From the NCBI GenBank assembly GCA_964543035.1, contig CAZIVL010000002.1, positions 58,340-122,339 on the forward strand: a DNA stretch of 64,000 nt, in the 5' to 3' direction. Origin of the DNA: an uncultured Gammaproteobacteria bacterium. GTDB lineage: Bacteria > Patescibacteriota > Microgenomatia > CAZETR01 > Amesbacteraceae. The notes below the pieces were generated by a model. It was not told where the DNA came from, did not search any database, and saw nothing but the letters and a program-made list of their open reading frames with translations. The translations under genes were made by a program, and so were the position numbers. The stretch's first letter is position 1, and each line of letters opens with the position of its first letter. Shown here one piece after another: positions 27,742 to 36,249 of the stretch.

Positions 27742-28402
27742 GAGTGGGAGTTACTTCCGGTGTGGAGACTGCGAGAGAGTTGTGGGGACTGACTTCGAGA
27801 TCAGAAAAGTAGGCGCCGGTGAGGCCGATCGCGACAAATAATGCACAGGCTATAGGAACTGCGATGGCTACTCGGGGAGAAAACTTAGGTCTGGGGAGCT
27901 TTCGCAAATTGTTTACCAATGATCTTAATTCTTCGTAAACAATAATAGTCCCGGGAACCACGACTAAGAAAATAAAACCCATGGGAGTCTTGGCAATGCT
28001 CGTTATGCGACCTACGTAGGGAACAGTGAGGAGGACCTTGCCCACTATCTTGTCCGATGCTAGCTGATTGGTGTCGAGAGAATCGTTGGCATCACCTTTG
28101 GTAACAAAACTTGGGGATTTGAAAATACCATCGGGCCAAGTCTTGGCGAGAACTCGGTGAGTAGTAGTCGTCTTGGGGCCGGAAGAAAAAGTCAAAATAT
28201 CGTTTGTAAAATACTCAGCTCTTTTTCCTACCATAATCACACTGCCTGTGGGAATGGTGGGCTCCATGGAGCCGGAAGTGACGACATAAAAACGAAAAGC
28301 ATTGACTCCTAGAAACTGATTGACAACAAAGAAGCCAGCAATAGTGAGACTCGTGTATAAAATAAAATCGGAAGCAAATTTTAGAAACTTGTTAATGGTC
28401 AT
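27725..28402 (-). CDS. sipW: signal peptidase I, SipW/archaeal-eukaryotic (S26B) type
   Basis: 225 aa; N-terminal TM, catalytic VVTSGSMEPTIPTGSVIMV (SGSMEPT Ser motif), C-terminal TM anchor; sits in an operon with TasA-like genes. Confidence 0.8.
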   Translation of the reverse strand: MTINKFLKFASDFILYTSLTIAGFFVVNQFLGVNAFRFYVVTSGSMEPTIPTGSVIMVGKRAEYFTNDILTFSSGPKTTTTHRVLAKTWPDGIFKSPSFVTKGDANDSLDTNQLASDKIVGKVLLTVPYVGRITSIAKTPMGFIFLVVVPGTIIVYEELRSLVNNLRKLPRPKFSPRVAIAVPIACALFVAIGLTGAYFSDLEVSPHNSLAVSTPEVTPTPTLSP

Positions 28403-29081
28403 ATTTCTTGGGTTTTTTGGTAGGTGTGGGAGTAGCTGTAGGCTTGGTTACACACTTTTTTTGACTGGGGCTCCAGACCCTGCCAGATCCGGTGACGGGA
28501 GTAGGAGCATCGGGACTAACTGCAATGAACTCCTCGGTAAAAGTAAGGATATCGCCCTGGGCCCAGTTGGTAACGGACTGGGGCATATGGAAGCTCTGAG
28601 TGGCCGTCACGTGCTTGTTTTTTTTTACCTCTCCCAATGGAATCCAACAAGAGACGGCATCTGGAAAGGGGAGGAGATCACCTTCTGCGATGATCGTCTT
28701 CTCACCAAATGAGAGGTCGTAATATAAATAATTTTGAATATCGGATTTGGGAACACCATTTTCTTCTTTGGATTCTGGCTCTGTCGTTGCTCCTTGGGAG
28801 GCGACGAGATTGGTTAGGTGAACAAAGACTTTGGCATCACCGTCTTTTACATATATATCTTTGTCTACATACCGATTGTCCCCGGGTTTTACATCATCTA
28901 GGCTTACGACAGTGGGGGGATTGTCTACTCCGTTGACCTTGAGGTCGATACGGCGCTCTTCGTGATGATCTCGGTCACGATGATCGCGATCATCGCGGTC
29001 ACCTAAAATCTTGGGATGATTGTTGAATGAAGAAAATATGGCAATACATCCGGCTACGAATGACTTGAAAAAATTATGCAT
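28392..29081 (-). CDS. TasA/camelysin-like paralog B (degenerate N-terminal signal, charged DRDDRDHRDRDHHEERR insert)
   Basis: Core IDLKVNGVDNP...DAVSCWIPLG...VTNWAQGD...TGSGRVW is shared with the 30006..31205 product; C-terminal PT-rich tail. Confidence 0.55.
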   Translation of the reverse strand: MHNFFKSFVAGCIAIFSSFNNHPKILGDRDDRDHRDRDHHEERRIDLKVNGVDNPPTVVSLDDVKPGDNRYVDKDIYVKDGDAKVFVHLTNLVASQGATTEPESKEENGVPKSDIQNYLYYDLSFGEKTIIAEGDLLPFPDAVSCWIPLGEVKKNKHVTATQSFHMPQSVTNWAQGDILTFTEEFIAVSPDAPTPVTGSGRVWSPSQKKCVTKPTATPTPTKKPKKYDH

Positions 29082-29155
29082 CTATTTGGCAAGTCAGAAT
29101 CCCTAACCGGGACTCTGAGCTGCCCTCCCGCTGGAAACGGGAGAGAGCAAAGAGA

Positions 29156-29992
29156 TTACTGAACTACTGGGTTACACAAGAAATCCGGGTTGTTTCTGTG
29201 CTGCTCTACTCTAAAGCGGACATCGGCAGTCAGAGAATCGGTCTGAGACTCGTTGCCCATAGATGCGCCGTCACAAGTGATTGTGAAGTTGATGCCATCG
29301 ATGGTCATTGTGCCTGCACACCAGGCCAGGCCCAGATTTTGGGTTGAACCACCTGGGAATGGAGTGGGCAGAAGAGAAGCTGAGTCTACAAGAGTATAGG
29401 TCTTGCCATTGAGAACATCGCTGGCTGGACCTTGCTCATTGGTGAACAACAAAGGCTCACCTTGCTCCCAGATATTGTCTCCATCGTCAGCCCAAGCTGT
29501 GAAATGGATATTTTGAGCCAATTCTCCTCCTTGTGGATCGTCGGTCAAATCTAGAGCTTCGACTTCAGGATCAATACGATCATTTTCAGCATTATTTAGA
29601 TTGAAAATATCGATACAGGCCCAGACGGGATTGTCTTCTACGTGCATACTGATCGTGTTTTCACCATAATCACCAGGTTTAACATCGATTAGGTCCCAGA
29701 ACTTTTCACTAGTGAGATCGCCTGCTGGCCAGGAGCCAGTACACGCCAATCCTACTAATTCTGGACGAGGTAAAACTTCGACTGATCCATCAGGCTGCCA
29801 TTGGCCGCCTTCGCAGATCATACCGTCGTAATGAGCAGTTGAGTCGATGGTGAGATCTACTTTTCCTGCTGTCAGATTGTTTGCTGGAGAAGTCTCAGTG
29901 TCTGAAAAGAAAGCTGAAGAGGCTCCCCAGACAGTCCCAGTCACTGCTCCTACTACTAACAAACTTATTAGTATGTTTTTCATTGTTGTCAT
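29156..29992 (-). CDS. TasA/camelysin (peptidase M73-like) family protein with SipW-cognate signal peptide
   Basis: 278 aa; signal MKNILISLLVVGAVTGTVWGASSAFFSDTETSPANNLTAGKVDLTI matches the SipW-cognate class (A-F-F-S-D-T-E-T, then NN..AG..DL as in TasA/CalY). Confidence 0.7.
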   Translation of the reverse strand: MTTMKNILISLLVVGAVTGTVWGASSAFFSDTETSPANNLTAGKVDLTIDSTAHYDGMICEGGQWQPDGSVEVLPRPELVGLACTGSWPAGDLTSEKFWDLIDVKPGDYGENTISMHVEDNPVWACIDIFNLNNAENDRIDPEVEALDLTDDPQGGELAQNIHFTAWADDGDNIWEQGEPLLFTNEQGPASDVLNGKTYTLVDSASLLPTPFPGGSTQNLGLAWCAGTMTIDGINFTITCDGASMGNESQTDSLTADVRFRVEQHRNNPDFLCNPVVQ

Positions 29993-30005
29993 TCACCCCC
30001 CTTCA

Positions 30006-31205
30006 CTACTGTATAGCTGTCGTACAGGAGGCACGAACCGCGTCGAGGTCGTAGCCATCTGCATCGGACGTAAATAACGCAATGTTTGAAACGTCGGTTA
30101 AGCGGACGTATTGGGCCGATGGCACGGGACTCATGTCCACTGTGCCGTCGCGGTTTAGACTCGCGGCAACGGTGGTCCAGGAAGAACCGTCAGGACCGAC
30201 TTCTACTTTTACAAGCTCATCGGGATAAGGAGGATTGGTAGCTCCTGTCACTTCGTAGACGGAAAGATCGGGGCCGGGCTGGTCGATGAAGGGACTACTA
30301 AATTTGAGAACTATAGAACCATTGGTGAAACCAAGACTAAAGAAAGAATTGGCCGCGACGGGATTGTCTGTCGGAGTGCCTGCTGATTGGGGAGCACCCA
30401 AGGCAAAATTGCCATTGCTTCTGCTGGCTAGAACTGCGGCACCACCCTTTTGAGTGCCCTGGGCGATTTGTTCAAATGAAGATGCAAAGGCGGGGATACA
30501 GGCGATGGGAGTTGGGGTCGGGGTAACCGTGGGAGAGGGAGTGATAGTCGGAGTAGGAGTAGTATTTGGGACACAGTGCTTGAGCTCGGGGTCCCAAACC
30601 CTGCCGGAGCCAGTGTCGGGGATGGTGGGATCATTTAGCTGTTGGGCTAGGAACTCTTCGGCGAAATCCAACGTGTCGCCCTGGGCCCAGTTGGTAACAT
30701 TTTTGTCAAAGTGAAAACTCTGAACTAGATTGACATGGGTGTTGCCCGGAATAGTGCCAATGGGGATCCAACAGGAGACGGCGTCGGGTAAAGATACATC
30801 GTCGGCAAAATCGATAATGACACTGGCTGATGGTGAGGATATAGAAAGGTCGTAGGTAATGTAGTTTTGGATATCAAACTTGGGAGTACCATTTTCTTCC
30901 AAATCCTCCGGTTCAGTCTGGGTGCCTTGGGTAACTTCCAGGCTTTTGATGTGCAACCAGATCTTGGTGGGATTGAAGTCCACAAATAAATCTTTGTCAA
31001 AAAATTTGTCATCACCGGGCTTGAGATCGGCAAATGACACGACTGATTCGGGATTGTCTACGCCGTTTACTTTGAGGTCGATTTTGCCGGCTGTGAAGTT
31101 GTTTGCTGTGGCTGTCTCTGTGTCTGAAAAGAAAGCGCGGGAGAGACCTATAACTGAGGGGATGGTTACACCGAGAACAATGAGGCTGGCTAGAACTTTG
31201 TTCAT
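30006..31205 (-). CDS. TasA/camelysin-like paralog C with SipW-cognate signal and extra C-terminal domain
   Basis: Start chosen at MNKVLASLIVLGV...SRAFFSDTETATANNFTAGKIDLKVNG; core shared with paralog B; PT linker TPTPTITPSPTVTPTPTP followed by a C-terminal domain of about 170 aa. Confidence 0.7.
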   Translation of the reverse strand: MNKVLASLIVLGVTIPSVIGLSRAFFSDTETATANNFTAGKIDLKVNGVDNPESVVSFADLKPGDDKFFDKDLFVDFNPTKIWLHIKSLEVTQGTQTEPEDLEENGTPKFDIQNYITYDLSISSPSASVIIDFADDVSLPDAVSCWIPIGTIPGNTHVNLVQSFHFDKNVTNWAQGDTLDFAEEFLAQQLNDPTIPDTGSGRVWDPELKHCVPNTTPTPTITPSPTVTPTPTPIACIPAFASSFEQIAQGTQKGGAAVLASRSNGNFALGAPQSAGTPTDNPVAANSFFSLGFTNGSIVLKFSSPFIDQPGPDLSVYEVTGATNPPYPDELVKVEVGPDGSSWTTVAASLNRDGTVDMSPVPSAQYVRLTDVSNIALFTSDADGYDLDAVRASCTTAIQ

Positions 31206-31337
31206 AGTATCACCATAACCTAGAGTGTCTTGGGGGATCAATTGGGACAATCAGTATCAAAGATGCACTCAAATATCTTAAAATTTTGGTTTTTTTTGAG
31301 AAATAAAGATTTGCGTGCAACAGAAATTTTATATATC

Positions 31338-31628
31338 ATGAAACATGTGGAAAACTTTCCTGCTCAGTTTTTTTATCTATCTGCCGGAGTGGGTGTGTGG
31401 GTAGGTGTGGGACTCCTTGTAATAGTCGGAATACTTCTTATCAAAATGCTCTCTAAGTTCAACCATGTGGCAGATGAAGTGAAGCAGACTGTGGATGAGG
31501 TGGCTTCGATAAAATCCAAAGTGGGAGAAGTACTAGGCGGATTTGTATCTACATTATTGGATAACAAAACAAATACAAAAAAGCGGAGAGGGGGTGTAAA
31601 GCATGTCAGGAAACAAAAAAGGAAGTAA
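31338..31628 (+). CDS. DUF948-like general stress protein (TM helix plus coiled region)
   Basis: Start chosen at MKHV; single TM GVGVWVGVGLLVIVGILLI followed by VADEVKQTVDEVASIKSKVGEV, as in DUF948 proteins. Confidence 0.4.
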   Translation: MKHVENFPAQFFYLSAGVGVWVGVGLLVIVGILLIKMLSKFNHVADEVKQTVDEVASIKSKVGEVLGGFVSTLLDNKTNTKKRRGGVKHVRKQKRK

Positions 31629-31833
31629 TTTCTTAGTCGCGGCCCTAGGGGCTGTAGTCGGAGTGGCAGCGGGTGTCGCGGGAACTCTACTGTCTGACAA
31701 AAAAAATCGTCAAGTTCTCGAAAAGAAAGCTGGTGAACTCGTAAAGGAAGGAAAAGTGCTCGCCAAGAGAGCGAGTAAGGAAGTAGCTTCCGTATCAAGA
31801 AAAATCAAAAAATCAGTAAGGAGAAGTAAGTAA
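31603..31833 (+). CDS. YtxH-like domain protein
   Basis: 76 aa; GSNFLVAALGAVVGVAAGVAGTLL followed by a K-rich helix, as in Bacillus YtxH. Confidence 0.5.
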   Translation: MSGNKKGSNFLVAALGAVVGVAAGVAGTLLSDKKNRQVLEKKAGELVKEGKVLAKRASKEVASVSRKIKKSVRRSK

Positions 31834-31837
31834 TCTT

Positions 31838-32593
31838 ATGAATCTTCTCGTCGCTTTTGTCTTGGCTGTGGTCGAGGGATTGACAGAATTTCTGCCTGTC
31901 TCGTCCACGGGACACTTGATACTGGCAGTCAAGATATTGGGAATCTCGCCCTCGGAGTTTGTATCTACTTTTGAGATAGGGATACAACTGGGGGCGATAT
32001 TGGCTGTAGTATCTCTATATCTGAAAAGATTACTTGGGAATCCAAAGTTGTGGACGAGATTGGGAATCGCATTTTTGCCGACTGTAGTAGTCGGTTTTTT
32101 GTTGTACCCATTTGTAAAAACACAGCTGGCATCTGGGACTAACCTGACACCGGTGATGCTCTTTGTAGGAGGGGTGGCGCTGATTTTTTGGGAGAAGTGG
32201 CATAAACCTGGGAAGGGAAAGATAGAAGAGCTGAGCTGGTCCAAGTGTGTATTGGTGGGACTTGGACAGTCGGTGTCGCTCGTCCCTGGAGTATCAAGAG
32301 CAATGGTGACTATCATGGCGGGTGTGGGAGTGGGACTGTCTCGCACTGAGGCGGTAGAAATGTCATTTTTGCTGGCAGTACCTACTATGATGGCGGCGGT
32401 GGTACTGGATATGTCGCATACCGCGGGCGGTATTACTCAGAATGAGTGGGGAATACTGATATTTGGAATGGGGACCGCGTATGTGGTGGCGGCGTTGACC
32501 GTCAAATGGCTGACAAACTTTGTCAAACGATCTGATCTGTCCCGATTTGGATGGTATAGGATGGCAGTCGGTATGGTGTGGCTACTTGCCTAA
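31838..32593 (+). CDS. uppP: undecaprenyl-diphosphate phosphatase
   Basis: 251 aa; VEGLTEFLPVSSTGHLIL and the overall 8-TM BacA pattern. Confidence 0.9.
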   Translation: MNLLVAFVLAVVEGLTEFLPVSSTGHLILAVKILGISPSEFVSTFEIGIQLGAILAVVSLYLKRLLGNPKLWTRLGIAFLPTVVVGFLLYPFVKTQLASGTNLTPVMLFVGGVALIFWEKWHKPGKGKIEELSWSKCVLVGLGQSVSLVPGVSRAMVTIMAGVGVGLSRTEAVEMSFLLAVPTMMAAVVLDMSHTAGGITQNEWGILIFGMGTAYVVAALTVKWLTNFVKRSDLSRFGWYRMAVGMVWLLA

Positions 32594-32849
32594 GGCGTCA
32601 CGAAACATCTGGCCTATAAAGCGAAAGGTGGCGACAAAGGCCCGGGCCGTAAAATTGATGGCCGTACCGATAACTGTGGGAGCAGCTTTGGCTATTTTTA
32701 CTTGGACTTGTTTTTGGAATGAATCTGGCATGTGGCTATTTGGTATGATCATACCAGAGTATGAAGATGCCTTTGGTCAATAAAATTGTGGTGGGGGGGA
32801 TAATCCTTGTGATATTGGGACTCATGTTATCTGCTGGGGTGGCGACAAA

Positions 32850-33410
32850 ATGAAAACGACAATACTGATTGTGGTGCTTTTGGCTGTGGGGATAATCGGA
32901 TCTGTGAAAGAATACAAACAATGGAGAGTGGATGAGACAAGTAATTATGGGCAAGGCCCTCTCGGTAAAACGAATACGGGAGATACAAAGCTGAGTGCTG
33001 ACAAGCTGTACCAAAATGATGTCGCGGGATTTCGGATAAAGTATCCGTCCTCTTGGGAAGTAGTCGCAAATCCTAAATTTAGTGATGGTAAGTACAGTCT
33101 CTCTCAGATTGCACGTATGGATGAGAGGGCAGAAGTAGTTCTCTTTGGGGGGCGAATCAGAGTAAGTGTAGTGCGAAATAGCTTGAATTTTACAGACTTG
33201 GTGGATCAGGAGGCCAGAAAAATGGAAATGGTGCGGGAACGAGAATATCTAAATACTGAAAAAGTTAGTATCGTTATTTTGACTTGGAAGCAGAATGGAC
33301 GAGAAAGACAGACCGCATTTGCACACAAAGGGGGAGATAAAGTATTTGTCCTGGAACAAGATGGAGTAGGTGGCTGGGAAGAAGTGCTTAGGAGTATGGT
33401 GATACTTTAG
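32850..33410 (+). CDS. hypothetical secreted protein
   Basis: 186 aa with N-terminal signal/TM; no recognised domain. Confidence 0.35.
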   Translation: MKTTILIVVLLAVGIIGSVKEYKQWRVDETSNYGQGPLGKTNTGDTKLSADKLYQNDVAGFRIKYPSSWEVVANPKFSDGKYSLSQIARMDERAEVVLFGGRIRVSVVRNSLNFTDLVDQEARKMEMVREREYLNTEKVSIVILTWKQNGRERQTAFAHKGGDKVFVLEQDGVGGWEEVLRSMVIL

Positions 33411-33970
33411 CGATTCTTTTTGGTTTTTTTGTGAAGACTAGGCTTGATGTGGTAGGTGATGAAATAGAGAGCGATAATAATCAGGATGACGGCAAAAACT
33501 GCGAGCTGAAAGACGGGGAGAGAAAGAGGAGAAAGAGAAGTCTCGGGTGGAGTGGTAGTAAAAGAGGCTGTGGATACAGTCTTGGGGATGAGGGCTGTGT
33601 GGGCATTGGTTACTAATTCGGCTTGTACGGTGTGGGGGCCATATTTGAGATTTGTGAGAGTATAAGTGTCGCTGGTGACTTCTATGGCATTTTCGGAAGT
33701 GGGGCGGTCTTGGTCTACCCAGAGATGAATATGGCCTTGGCCATAAGTCGCTTTGGGGCGAGTATGGTAGTCAGTGAGTGTGATGTAGGAAGGGATAGAA
33801 AAAGTAAGCGTATTTCCCTCTTTTGGAGCAGCGACTGAGAAGGAGGTTTCGGCGCGAGCCTTGACTACTCCTGCTACAAAAAGAAAGAACGCGGCCATGA
33901 GGAGAATCTTTTTCAGGTGTTTGCGAGCAGTCACATGTATCATTGTGAAGTGTTGTAAAAAGGGTGTCAA
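33407..33970 (-). CDS. hypothetical exported protein with C-terminal TM anchor (His-rich GQGHIHLWVD motif)
   Basis: 187 aa; signal peptide, beta-rich region with HxH, C-terminal anchor LAVFAVILIIIALYFI plus a basic tail. Confidence 0.35.
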   Translation of the reverse strand: MTPFLQHFTMIHVTARKHLKKILLMAAFFLFVAGVVKARAETSFSVAAPKEGNTLTFSIPSYITLTDYHTRPKATYGQGHIHLWVDQDRPTSENAIEVTSDTYTLTNLKYGPHTVQAELVTNAHTALIPKTVSTASFTTTPPETSLSPLSLPVFQLAVFAVILIIIALYFITYHIKPSLHKKTKKNR

Positions 33971-34008
33971 GTTGGTATATTTTGGAAACTGTGAATAAAA
34001 ACTTACTA

Positions 34009-34428
34009 ATGGGAGTGGCGGTAGTCTTGGTAGTTGGAGGATTGGGAGTATGGTACTTGGGACGAAATCCTAAAACTGAAATTCTAAATTCTAAAGACGT
34101 TGTCGAAAGTACACCAGCTCCGACGCCTGGACCTACGGTAGAGTCACTGGGAGAAGTAAAGGAGTTTGTAGTAAATGGAAATGACTTTAAATTTGATGTA
34201 ACTGAGATAAGAGTAAAAGTTGGGGATAAGGTAAAAGTGACGTTTAAAAACACTGGAGGATTTCACGACTGGGTCTTGGATGAATTTAACGTAAAGACCG
34301 CCCAACTTAAAGATGGAGCGGAGGAAACAGTGGAGTTTGTGGCAGAAAAAGCAGGGACATTTGAATACTATTGTTCTGTAGGCAAGCACAGACAAATGGG
34401 AATGGTGGGAAAGCTGATTGTGGAGTAA
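34009..34428 (+). CDS. cupredoxin (type 1 blue copper protein), membrane-anchored
   Basis: N-terminal TM; type-1 Cu ligands H(DWV)...C..H....M in FHDWV...YYCSVGKHRQMGMVGKLIVE; PT linker before the domain. Confidence 0.8.
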   Translation: MGVAVVLVVGGLGVWYLGRNPKTEILNSKDVVESTPAPTPGPTVESLGEVKEFVVNGNDFKFDVTEIRVKVGDKVKVTFKNTGGFHDWVLDEFNVKTAQLKDGAEETVEFVAEKAGTFEYYCSVGKHRQMGMVGKLIVE

Positions 34429-34794
34429 TTATTTTAGCGTGTAGGTTGAGGTAGTAGTGCCACCAGAGCGAAGAGTGTAAGTGACTGAGAGATTGAAACC
34501 TGAAGGGGATTTTTGAAAGACGCAGTAGCGGGACGAGCAGGTACCTAGGATTTGCTTGCGGGTGGTTTTGGAAGTACGTCCATTTAACTTAAAGCCGCCT
34601 TCGAATCCTCGTTCCCGGCCCCCTGATGTATAGGTGAGCACATAACTGACTTTTGAAACTTGTGACAGGTTTTTGAAGGTGAGATAAACATAGTGACGAT
34701 CACGAGTTGGCAAGAGTGTGGCTGATGGAGCTGCTGCTGAGGCGATCGGAGCAAACAAAAGAAATATGAATAAGACCCATGACCAGATGCGCAT
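34429..34794 (-). CDS. hypothetical secreted protein
   Basis: 121 aa with signal peptide MRIWSWVLFIFLLFAPIASA; Thr/Ser-rich. Confidence 0.3.
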   Translation of the reverse strand: MRIWSWVLFIFLLFAPIASAAAPSATLLPTRDRHYVYLTFKNLSQVSKVSYVLTYTSGGRERGFEGGFKLNGRTSKTTRKQILGTCSSRYCVFQKSPSGFNLSVTYTLRSGGTTTSTYTLK

Positions 34795-34811
34795 GAATCA
34801 ATTGTGGAGGG

Positions 34812-35291
34812 TTGAGAAGCATACGTCAAGTTTGGTATATTTGGGTGGTGAATAAGTATGTAGTGATAGGGGTTGTGGTAATTGGAATAGTAGTAGGGGG
34901 AGTCGCGATCTGGTACGCCGGCTCAAACTCTAAACCTCAAGAGACAAATACAAAAACGGAAGAAGTAGTAACCATTGAGCCGACACAACCGCCAGTTGAT
35001 GAAACGACCACGGGTGAGGTGAAAGAAATAACTGTAGAGGGAAGTAGCTTTAAATTTGAGCCGGCAGTGATCAGAGTCAAAAAGGGAGACACAGTGAACC
35101 TGACATTTAAAAGTGTGGGGACCATACACGACTTTGTGATAGATGAGCTTGGTGTGAAGACAAATCAAATTGGGGATGAAGAGGAAGAGACGGTGGAATT
35201 TGTGGCAAATAAAGCTGGAACTTATGAGTATTATTGCTCTGTAGGCAAGCACAGGCAAATGGGGATGGTGGGGAAATTAATAGTTGAATAG
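34812..35291 (+). CDS. cupredoxin paralog (type 1 blue copper protein), membrane-anchored
   Basis: IHDFV...YYCSVGKHRQMGMVGKLIVE is the same Cu site as the 34009 gene; the true start may be a GTG near 34845. Confidence 0.8.
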   Translation: MRSIRQVWYIWVVNKYVVIGVVVIGIVVGGVAIWYAGSNSKPQETNTKTEEVVTIEPTQPPVDETTTGEVKEITVEGSSFKFEPAVIRVKKGDTVNLTFKSVGTIHDFVIDELGVKTNQIGDEEEETVEFVANKAGTYEYYCSVGKHRQMGMVGKLIVE

Positions 35292-35367
35292 GGTGGGTAG
35301 TGAGTAGTGTGTAGTGAGATAGGTAGTGGGGATGGGGAGTTTGTGGGGATGGGAGTAATATAAATAT

Positions 35368-35745
35368 ATGGCAGTTGTAAGTTTTTTGGATTTGAATGTA
35401 TACAAAAATTTGTATCAGGTGATGCTGAGAATACACAAAGAAGTTCTACCCAAATTGCCAAAGACTGAAAAGTTCGACTTAGTTGATCAAATGGGTAGGG
35501 CCTCAAAGTCTCCATGCGCCTTAATTGCAGAAGGATACGCAAGGAGAACATCTGGTAAGGAGTGGGCTAAGTATTTGAGAGATGCAGTGGGAGAGTGCAA
35601 TGAAATGATTGTGCATCTGAGCATGGTCCGTGACTTGTATGGAAGCAGTATTGGAGTTGAGATGTGTAACGAGTTAATTTCTTGCTACAACATTTCAGGC
35701 AAACAGCTATACAGATTGGGTGAAAGTTGGGGTAGGGTAGAGTAA
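35368..35745 (+). CDS. four-helix-bundle protein (TIGR02436 / 23S rRNA intervening-sequence protein family)
   Basis: 125 aa; family-typical pattern FDLVDQMGRASKSPCALIAEGYAR...EWAKYLRDAVGECNE. Confidence 0.7.
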   Translation: MAVVSFLDLNVYKNLYQVMLRIHKEVLPKLPKTEKFDLVDQMGRASKSPCALIAEGYARRTSGKEWAKYLRDAVGECNEMIVHLSMVRDLYGSSIGVEMCNELISCYNISGKQLYRLGESWGRVE

Positions 35746-35788
35746 TAGTGTATTTGACAATTGGTGACAAAAAATTCACAATAATCTG

Positions 35789-36118
35789 GTGAAGAAAAGT
35801 TTTTGGGTGTGGGTTCTCGCTTTGGGAGTTGTGATCGTGGCTATGGGATTTGGGTGGGTGTGGCCAGTCAAACTGACTGGGTTTTTGGCAGTGTTTGCTG
35901 CCTGGATGGGCTGGTGGGACAAGAGAAAAAATGATGTGCAGTGGTATGCGATGGGATTTGTCCTGGGGCCGTTTATTGACTTGGTGGGAGTCTATGGGGG
36001 ATCGTGGCAGTATGGAGCACCGTTTGTGCTAGGTATTCCTGTGTGGCTACCATTTGCATATGGATTGAGTGGGCTGCTGCTACGAAGACTAGCTGAGAGT
36101 TGGATATCGAAAAAATAA
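35789..36118 (+). CDS. small membrane protein
   Basis: 109 aa, 3-4 TM helices, Trp-rich. Confidence 0.3.
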   Translation: MKKSFWVWVLALGVVIVAMGFGWVWPVKLTGFLAVFAAWMGWWDKRKNDVQWYAMGFVLGPFIDLVGVYGGSWQYGAPFVLGIPVWLPFAYGLSGLLLRRLAESWISKK

Positions 36119-36249
36119 TTTTTTGTTGCTTTTCGCCTACGCTTTGTTTGCTGCGCGTTTCCCTCGCCTGCTGGCTCAGTCCAAATGCATCCGCAAAAAA
36201 GCTACGGCTGCAAAGCATGTGCAAGGTTTAATGATATTATTGAAATGTA

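Noticed and set aside
29082-29155. Intrinsic terminator between TasA-like genes A and B (hairpin CTCCCGCTGGAAACGGGAG)
   Set aside because: The stem-loop is real, but on the transcribed (minus) strand it is not followed by a U-tract. It may be an attenuator or RNA-processing structure, but there is insufficient evidence to call a terminator.
32520-32783. 87-aa ORF overlapping the 3' end of uppP
   Set aside because: It overlaps a confident CDS for 74 nt in another frame, has no motif, and is small. Not called.
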